The position numbers and the translations under genes are program-made. The notes beneath the pieces were generated by a model, which saw nothing but the letters and a program-made list of their open reading frames with translations, searched no databases and had not been told where the DNA came from. From assembly GCA_963787835.1 (NCBI GenBank), contig CAWBEI010000002.1, positions 512,001 through 576,000 on the forward strand: a stretch of DNA of 64,000 nucleotides, written 5' to 3'. Within the stretch, counting starts at the first letter, position 1. The number at the start of each line of letters is the position of its first letter. This DNA is from Ignavibacteriota bacterium (GTDB taxonomy: Bacteria; Bacteroidota; Ignavibacteria; Palsa-1295). Shown piece after piece: positions 57,546 to 64,000 of this stretch.

Positions 57546-58316
57546 ATGAAACATTTCGACCACATCACGATCATTGGCAAAAGCCGAACCGGAACATCCC
57601 TTGCAATGGCGATCAAAAGAAGCGCGGGAATAAAACTTTCGGCGCAGATCCCCGCGCGTCAGGCGAAATATCCTCGGATCAACTCCGAAATAATCATCAT
57701 TGCAACCAAGGATGATCAGATCGCCGGCGTTTCGGAAAAAGCGATCGCCGCTGCATCGAAAAAACTTCGGCTTATCGTGCATCTTGCCGGGTCACTTCCG
57801 AGCACAACATTATCTACCCGCCCAGGCGTGGCTCGGCTGACGCTTCATCCCATACAAACATTCACCGAACCAAGCGGACATCTCTTCCGCGACATTTACT
57901 GGATGGCATCCTCCAGCAACCGCGAATCGCTCAAATGGGCCAATGAGTTTGTAAAGGGCCTTGGCGGAGTCGGTATCATTCCACTGAAAAGTGAAGATTT
58001 GCCGCTCTATCATGCCATGACCGTTTTGGGGTCGAATTTTATCACACTTCTGTTTTCCGGCATTGAACGAATCTCCAATGAACTTGGGGTACCCGCGAAA
58101 CGGATGAAAGCAGCTTTGCGTCCCTTGGCAAAACAATCACTCGAAAATGCGATAGCAAAACCCGCAAGTTCGGTTCTTTCCGGACCCATCGTCCGTAAGG
58201 ATTCGACCACCATTCGTAAGCACCAGAAGGCGTTAAATGCGCTCGACCCTCAAATCATGGCCATTTATGATGCTTTTCTGGACTACGGCGTAACACTCGG
58301 AACTCCGAAACGTTAA
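57546..58316 (+). CDS. Rossmann-like/DUF2520 oxidoreductase (PanG-like)
   Basis: [28 protein letters not shown]. Confidence 0.88.
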   Translation: MKHFDHITIIGKSRTGTSLAMAIKRSAGIKLSAQIPARQAKYPRINSEIIIIATKDDQIAGVSEKAIAAASKKLRLIVHLAGSLPSTTLSTRPGVARLTLHPIQTFTEPSGHLFRDIYWMASSSNRESLKWANEFVKGLGGVGIIPLKSEDLPLYHAMTVLGSNFITLLFSGIERISNELGVPAKRMKAALRPLAKQSLENAIAKPASSVLSGPIVRKDSTTIRKHQKALNALDPQIMAIYDAFLDYGVTLGTPKR

Positions 58317-58404
58317 CAATAGACTGGCTGTTAAGCACGGCCAATTCACAAAGCAATCAATATTAATCGGGTACGGCAACATCCGTCAGCCCAAAGGAGC
58401 ACAC

Positions 58405-58653
58405 ATGAAACAAGGAATCCATCCAAATTACCACACGGTCACGGTCCATTGCGCAGGCTGTGGAAACGAGTTTGATACTCGCTCAACTACCCCGAACGAT
58501 ACACTTCGCGTCGAAATTTGCGCAAATTGCCATCCGTTCTTCACTGGCAAGCAAAAGCTGGTCGATACCGCAGGACGCGTCGAGCGCTTCCAAAAGAAGT
58601 TCGCAAAGCAAATTGCCGAGCGAAAAGAGAAGCAAGCCGCTGTGCCAGCATAA
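58405..58653 (+). CDS. rpmE: 50S ribosomal protein L31 (Cys-containing)
   Basis: [33 protein letters not shown]. Confidence 0.98.
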   Translation: MKQGIHPNYHTVTVHCAGCGNEFDTRSTTPNDTLRVEICANCHPFFTGKQKLVDTAGRVERFQKKFAKQIAERKEKQAAVPA

Positions 58654-58683
58654 TTACGAATTAAAAATTACGAATTAAAAATT

Positions 58684-58709
58684 GGGGACGGAAATCGTCC
58701 CCTTTTTTT
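58684..58709 (+). terminator. rpmE terminator
   Basis: GGGGACG-GAAA-TCGTCCCC-TTTTTT. Confidence 0.85.
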
Positions 58710-58770
58710 ATCCGCTTTTTTCGGGGGATGATTCTGGCGTATTTCCCATTAATTCTTATTTGATAACAAC

Positions 58771-58905
58771 GTCATTGCGAGAGGAACATTCGGAGCGAAG
58801 CGGAGAATGTTCGACGAAGCAATCCCTTCATATTCAGCGCAACCTTCGGGGATTGCTTCGTCAAATCGAACTCCCTTCGGTCGTTCGATTTTCCTCGCTA
58901 TGACA
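58771..58905. repeat. GTCATTGCGAG-type palindromic element
   Basis: Same architecture as 13133-13278. Confidence 0.8.
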
Positions 58906-58924
58906 GCATGAAAATTTTTGTATA

Positions 58925-60088
58925 GTGGCTCAAACCTTTTCTAACATCCTCATTTATGAGGACGCTATCGCTCGAAGCCGGAAATTCCTTCCGCTGACGT
59001 ACACGCGCTGTGTTGCTGAACTTCGTTCCGGCACATTCACTGGCATCGAGCGCATGCAGACGCAGTTTCCCGACGCGCGCATCTATCTTCACGCTCTTCC
59101 TGAACTAATGGATGTTATTTCCGGGCGTTACTCGCTTCCTGTGAATGAGGTTCCCAAAGGCAGCACACTTCTCGTCAATGCTCGTGAGTCGTTAATTTTC
59201 AACACCAATGATGGAAATGTTCATGACACGTTGCCGCCGGAATTATCCAATAAAATAATGTCCGGCGAGCCGATCGATGTCCAAGGTAACAATGCCCCCG
59301 AATCGCTTTGGGATATTATTCATTCAAATACTGAGACGATCGAAGCTGATGTTGAATTGTGGGCGAAAACTCACTCAATACTTGAAAGCCCCTCACTTCC
59401 GAACTGCACTATTATCAATCCCGAAAATCTTTTCGTACATCCAACAGCGCGCATCGATAGCGGTGTTGTGCTTGATTGCTCCGAAGGCCCAATTATTATC
59501 GAGGATGGCGTGCGTATCATGCCACACACAACGATCATGGGTCCTGTATTCATAGGCAAAAATGCTATTGTAAAAATTGGCGCAAAAATTTATGGCGGAA
59601 CTTCCATCGGCCCGGTTTCGAAAGTTGGAGGGGAAATTGAGAATTCGATTATTCAGGGATTTTCGAACAAGCAGCACGATGGGTATCTTGGCCACAGCTA
59701 TCTGGGGTTGTGGGTTAATTTAGGCGCCGGAACGAATACCAGCGACCTAAAAAATGATTATTCACCCGTCCGCGTCACGATAGAAGGTGAAGAATTCAAC
59801 ACAAATTCTCTCTTCGTCGGGCTTTTGATGGGCGATCATTCGAAAAGTGCGATAGGTACACAATTCAATACAGGAACAGCTATTGGTGTAAGTTGCAATA
59901 TTTTTAGTTCAGGCTTTCCTCCTAAATGGATCCCAAATTTTTCGTGGGTTGGAGAGAATGGAGTTGAACCCTATCGCTATGAAAAAGCCATCGAGGTTGC
60001 AAAAACTGTCATGCACCGCCGAGATCAGGAACTCCCCGCCGAAGCAGAAGCGATGCTAAGAGATCTCTTTAATAAAAGAAATCTTTAA
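58925..60088 (+). CDS. GlmU-related sugar-phosphate acyl/nucleotidyltransferase family protein
   Basis: LPLTYTR..ELR.G; left-handed beta-helix; NKQHDGYLGHSYLG.WVNLGAGT. Confidence 0.88.
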   Translation: MAQTFSNILIYEDAIARSRKFLPLTYTRCVAELRSGTFTGIERMQTQFPDARIYLHALPELMDVISGRYSLPVNEVPKGSTLLVNARESLIFNTNDGNVHDTLPPELSNKIMSGEPIDVQGNNAPESLWDIIHSNTETIEADVELWAKTHSILESPSLPNCTIINPENLFVHPTARIDSGVVLDCSEGPIIIEDGVRIMPHTTIMGPVFIGKNAIVKIGAKIYGGTSIGPVSKVGGEIENSIIQGFSNKQHDGYLGHSYLGLWVNLGAGTNTSDLKNDYSPVRVTIEGEEFNTNSLFVGLLMGDHSKSAIGTQFNTGTAIGVSCNIFSSGFPPKWIPNFSWVGENGVEPYRYEKAIEVAKTVMHRRDQELPAEAEAMLRDLFNKRNL

Positions 60089-61002
60089 TTGTCATACTCC
60101 TTCACTTCTTCCAACATTACTGTTCCAAGCCTGGCTAACACTTCCCTGATCTTCTTTTTGCTCTCGTATTTCACCGGCACGAGCGGCAGCCGGTAATATT
60201 CCTGAATGATGCCGCGCATGGCAAGCGCGCACTTCACTGGCCCCGGATTCGATTCGACAAAATTCACCTTCATCAATTCGAGCAGTTCATAATGGATCGC
60301 CCGGGCTTCCTCGAACTTTCCTTCCAGCGCAAAACGAACCATCCGCGAAAATTCACCAGGCATCACGTTCGATGTTACACTGATAACGCCCTTCGCACCC
60401 AGCGAAATAAGCGGAACGGTCAAATTATCCTCGCCGGAAAGCAGATTAAACCCAACCGGCGCATTGCGGATGATCTCCATGCACTGCGCAAGATCGGCGC
60501 TCGCCTCTTTTACCGCAACAACGTTCTCAATGTCCGCACAGCGAAGCGTAGTCTCCGCTGTCATATTCAATCCAGTGCGGCCGGGAACGTTATACATCAC
60601 CACAGGCAGTCCCACTTCCGCAACGGCGCTGAAATGTGCAAAGAGACCGTTCGGAGTGGGCTTGTTGTAATACGGGGTAACAACGAGCGCCGCGTCCGCG
60701 CCGAGTTCCATAGCCTCTCGCGTATTGTGGATCGAACTGCGAGTGTCGTTCGTGCCGGTTCCTGCAATGATGACCGCGCGATGATCCACATATTCTACGA
60801 TCCATCGAATGATCTCCCGCCGCTCCGAGGCGGTGATCGTCGGATTCTCGCCCGTCGATCCTAGCGGCACAAGCATCTCAACGCCGCCATCCAATTGATG
60901 ATCTACAAGCCGCGCCAGCGATTCGAAATCGACCGAGCCATCTTCATTAAATGGCGTAACGATCGCGGTTCCCGTACCTCGGAGTTTGTGGTGCATGTTC
61001 AT
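60085..61002 (-). CDS. dapA: 4-hydroxy-tetrahydrodipicolinate synthase
   Basis: TAIVTPF, GSTGE, PYYNKP, YNVPGRTG, KEAS. Confidence 0.97.
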   Translation of the reverse strand: MNMHHKLRGTGTAIVTPFNEDGSVDFESLARLVDHQLDGGVEMLVPLGSTGENPTITASERREIIRWIVEYVDHRAVIIAGTGTNDTRSSIHNTREAMELGADAALVVTPYYNKPTPNGLFAHFSAVAEVGLPVVMYNVPGRTGLNMTAETTLRCADIENVVAVKEASADLAQCMEIIRNAPVGFNLLSGEDNLTVPLISLGAKGVISVTSNVMPGEFSRMVRFALEGKFEEARAIHYELLELMKVNFVESNPGPVKCALAMRGIIQEYYRLPLVPVKYESKKKIREVLARLGTVMLEEVKEYDN

Positions 61003-61739
61003 GTGCGTTCTAATATTTGTTTGATGTTTTCCTCGAATCGATATAGTCCCGAACGCCCTACGATCCATTCGGCAGCTCGCACTGCTCCCGAGGCAAACCC
61101 TCGACGATTCTTGGCCTGATGTGTTAGCTCGATTGAATCTTCCTCAGAATCGAAGCCTACCGTATGCGTGCCGGTGATAGCCCCAGCGCGAATGGAACTA
61201 ATATAAAGCGTGTCGGGCGAAATTGCTTCCGCTCTTGGCAATTCCGACGCTACTTTCGTTTTGGATGGTAAACCTGAAAGCACTGCTTCGCTGATGCGTA
61301 ATGCAGTCCCACTTGGAAAATCCTTTTTGCCGCGATGGTGTGCTTCCACAATATACGCATCGTATCCGGCATCGTTTATCATCCTCGATGCATCCCGTAC
61401 GATCTGCAAAAAAAGATTTACCCCCACGGAAAAATTCGAACCGATCACGCAGCCAATTTCAGCATCATCGACCATTTTGCGGACCTTCTCTAATGCGTCA
61501 TCCCATCCGGTTGTACCGATAACGATGGACAACCCGGCATCCGCGCAAAGTTTCACATTTGCCTGGACGGCATTCGGCTGACTGAAATCGATCGCTACAT
61601 TCGCACCGGATTTGCGAAGTGCATCTGCATTGGCATGGTGATCAATATCGAATGTAGCAGCAATGCGGTGTCCGGCAGCCAACGCAGCGGCTTCGATCTC
61701 GCGGCCCATCTTGCCATAACCGAGTAAGGCGATGTTCAT
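60999..61739 (-). CDS. dapB: 4-hydroxy-tetrahydrodipicolinate reductase
   Basis: GYGKMG, GTTGW, NFSVG, EAHHRGKKDFPSGTA. Confidence 0.97.
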   Translation of the reverse strand: MNIALLGYGKMGREIEAAALAAGHRIAATFDIDHHANADALRKSGANVAIDFSQPNAVQANVKLCADAGLSIVIGTTGWDDALEKVRKMVDDAEIGCVIGSNFSVGVNLFLQIVRDASRMINDAGYDAYIVEAHHRGKKDFPSGTALRISEAVLSGLPSKTKVASELPRAEAISPDTLYISSIRAGAITGTHTVGFDSEEDSIELTHQAKNRRGFASGAVRAAEWIVGRSGLYRFEENIKQILERT

Positions 61740-62085
61740 AATGCAAAAATACGACAATCGCCAATGAGGGACAATTATCTTCTGTCAAGCCCAATGGTAA
61801 AACCAACCGCCATCCCGCTGCTTGTGTGATTATTACGTTGAGTAAGCTCAAATGTATTCGAGAGAAGTTCCTGGGCAAGCTGCTGGGCAAGACGAGAGTC
61901 GGGAACGTAAGAGGCAAGCTCCGGGCCGCTGTGCGCAGGAGAAAGCGCCGGCGTAAGCGCCGGGGAATCGGAGTAAGAATCGCGGGGTAGGTCGTGACCG
62001 TTCATTGGTTCTCCAATAAGATTTATTACCGGATTGCAACCCTCAGCGAGGCGGGAAAAGTTCGCGGTTTTTGGCCTATCCTGCC

Positions 62086-63369
62086 TTATAGTGTCACGAA
62101 GAACAGTACTACCGCGATCAACATGACCGCCGTTGCTGCCCACCCCAGCCATCGCCATATTCGTGAGATCGTAAACGCACCCATGATCTTCGGGCGCGAG
62201 GCCATCAACATAATAACTACCATGATCGGCGCGGAGATAATGCCATTGATCACCGCCGACCAGAAAAGTGCACGAATAGGATTTAAGCCAATATAGATAA
62301 GACCCATCCCAAGCAAGGTGGCAAAAATAAGCACGCCATAAAACCGTTTTGCATGGGAAGGTTTATCTTCCAAACTCCCATGAAAATTTAATGCTTCACC
62401 CACAGCAAATGCCGCAGAGCCTGCCAGCACCGGCACAGCAAGCAATCCCGTACCGATAATTCCTACGGAAAAAAGTAGAAAACAGAACGATCCTGCAAGC
62501 GGGCGCAATGCTTCGGCGGCTTGCGATGCCGTTTCAATTTGTGTAATTCCGTGTGCGTGCAGCGTTGCTGCCGTGGCAAGAATAATAAAGTAAGCAATGA
62601 GATTCGAAAAACCCATTCCGAGCAGCGTATCGCGTCGGATCCATCGAAGCGCTGCCGGCGCTTCTTCCGGATGCTGTAGAAGTGCGTTTTGATCTTTGTG
62701 CGTCCGGATGTCCTCGACCACTTGCGAAGATTGCCAAAAAAAGAGGTACGGACTGATCGTGGTTCCCAATAATGCAACGAATGTTGCCATGTAGCCTTTA
62801 TTCCAAGACATCGTGGGAATTAATGTCGCCTTGAGCACATCGCCCCATTGCACATGCGCGAAGAATACAACCCCAATGTACGCCAGAAGCACGAACGTCA
62901 ACCATTTCAACACGTTCGAATATTTGCGATACGGAACGAATACCTGAAGGACGATCGAAAGCAGGGTAAATCCAACAGCGTAGATATGCTCGCTTCCACC
63001 GAAGAGCAATGTTGCTGCAGAACCCATCGCGCCAATATCGGCGCCGAGATTGAACACATTCGAGATGAGCAGCAGCAATACTAACGGAAGCGCAACTTTT
63101 TGCCCATAGAATTTCCGCATGTTTGCGGCAACACCGCGCCCGGTCACACGCCCGATCTGACCGCAGATCATTTGGATCGCAGACATCAGCGGCCAGGTGA
63201 AAACCATCGTCCATAGTATCGGATGCCCAAGCTGTGCGCCAGCTTGCGAATAGGTAGCAATGCCGCTTGGGTCATCATCGGCAGCGCCGGTGACCATCCC
63301 TGGCCCCATCCATTCCAAGAGCGAGGTTCCTTTGCGCAAAAGGGAGTTGGGACCTGTTTTCTTTGCCAT
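62086..63369 (-). CDS. NRAMP-family divalent metal transporter
   Basis: GPGMVTGAADDDPSGIATYSQAGA, LGTTISPYLFFWQ. Confidence 0.93.
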   Translation of the reverse strand: MAKKTGPNSLLRKGTSLLEWMGPGMVTGAADDDPSGIATYSQAGAQLGHPILWTMVFTWPLMSAIQMICGQIGRVTGRGVAANMRKFYGQKVALPLVLLLLISNVFNLGADIGAMGSAATLLFGGSEHIYAVGFTLLSIVLQVFVPYRKYSNVLKWLTFVLLAYIGVVFFAHVQWGDVLKATLIPTMSWNKGYMATFVALLGTTISPYLFFWQSSQVVEDIRTHKDQNALLQHPEEAPAALRWIRRDTLLGMGFSNLIAYFIILATAATLHAHGITQIETASQAAEALRPLAGSFCFLLFSVGIIGTGLLAVPVLAGSAAFAVGEALNFHGSLEDKPSHAKRFYGVLIFATLLGMGLIYIGLNPIRALFWSAVINGIISAPIMVVIMLMASRPKIMGAFTISRIWRWLGWAATAVMLIAVVLFFVTL

Positions 63370-63393
63370 TATCGAGAGCTTAACACATTTAGC

Positions 63394-64000
63394 TCAAAGA
63401 TATTGCTTAATTGCGCTTATCGAATTCGAAGTAATGTCATAAAGGATATTTTTCCCTTTCGTCTCATCGCTCGCGGCGGCAAGTTGGAATCCGGGACGAA
63501 GCGATCGAGCAGCCCACTCGCCATCTGCGCGAATGACCATCAGTCCAGCTTGCATATCATCGGTGAGATGTTTATCAAGCAAAATGCGAGCAATCGCGCG
63601 CTCGCAGGCTTCCTCTGGCTCGACCCCCTGTCGGATCATTTCGACAATATGAAATGCCGAGCACGCTCGCATCATGAGTTCGCCATTTCCGGTGGCGACG
63701 GCAGCAGCAATTCCTCCGGCGACATAAAGTCCAGCGCCGATTATGGGTGAATCCCCCACGCGGCCTTGCATTTTGAAGGCAAGCCCGCTCGTTGTGCAAG
63801 CTCCTGCAAGGTGTCCAGCGTTATCCATCGCCAGAATGCCGATAGTATCATGGGATTCATTTTGCTTTCGCCCAACTCCGTCACGGCTGATCTCAGATTC
63901 AGTTCCCTTTTCATCCACACTGACAAAAACATATTCATGGTCACCTTCTTCGGCGCGGCGAAGTCGAACATGCAGTTTATCCGGCTGGGCGCTCCATTGT
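63394..64000 (-). CDS. Glycosylasparaginase/isoaspartyl peptidase (Ntn hydrolase), C-terminal part
   Basis: HDTIG, CTTSG, GRVGDSPIIGAG, TGNGE; frame open to the window edge. Confidence 0.9.
   Translation of the reverse strand, partial: QWSAQPDKLHVRLRRAEEGDHEYVFVSVDEKGTESEISRDGVGRKQNESHDTIGILAMDNAGHLAGACTTSGLAFKMQGRVGDSPIIGAGLYVAGGIAAAVATGNGELMMRACSAFHIVEMIRQGVEPEEACERAIARILLDKHLTDDMQAGLMVIRADGEWAARSLRPGFQLAAASDETKGKNILYDITSNSISAIKQYL

Noticed and set aside
61775-62158. 127-aa ORF between the NRAMP gene and dapB
   Set aside because: Overlaps the NRAMP gene, is low-complexity and has no motif; a short peptide cannot be excluded

Overview
Chromosomal window from a T9SS-encoding bacterium of the Bacteroidota/Chlorobi group (Kapabacteria/Ignavibacteria-like, inferred from gene content). 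It holds housekeeping genes (tRNA-Gly, rpmG, tRNA-Trp, secE, nusG, fusA, metG, ispG, tmk, rpmE, dapA, dapB), six genes ending in a T9SS C-terminal sorting domain, two ECF sigma/anti-sigma pairs, three toxin-antitoxin-like pairs and surface-polysaccharide genes. Small palindromic and heptamer repeats are very dense. A decayed defence/mobile patch at 18.7-22.5 kb (AbiGi-like gene, split restriction-modification-like gene, HNH remnant, IS200-type tnpA remnant) is bracketed by REP-like inverted repeats. The best novelty candidates are: (1) an ECF sigma factor coupled to a membrane-anchored anti-sigma-like protein ending in a T9SS secretion signal (47266-49712); (2) an unannotated ~260-nt, promoter-headed, GGCACCT-bounded non-coding element in four copies (22474, 36086, 2305, partial 22268); (3) REP palindromes translated in frame inside proteins. 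All calls come from reading the sequence by eye; no database searches were run.
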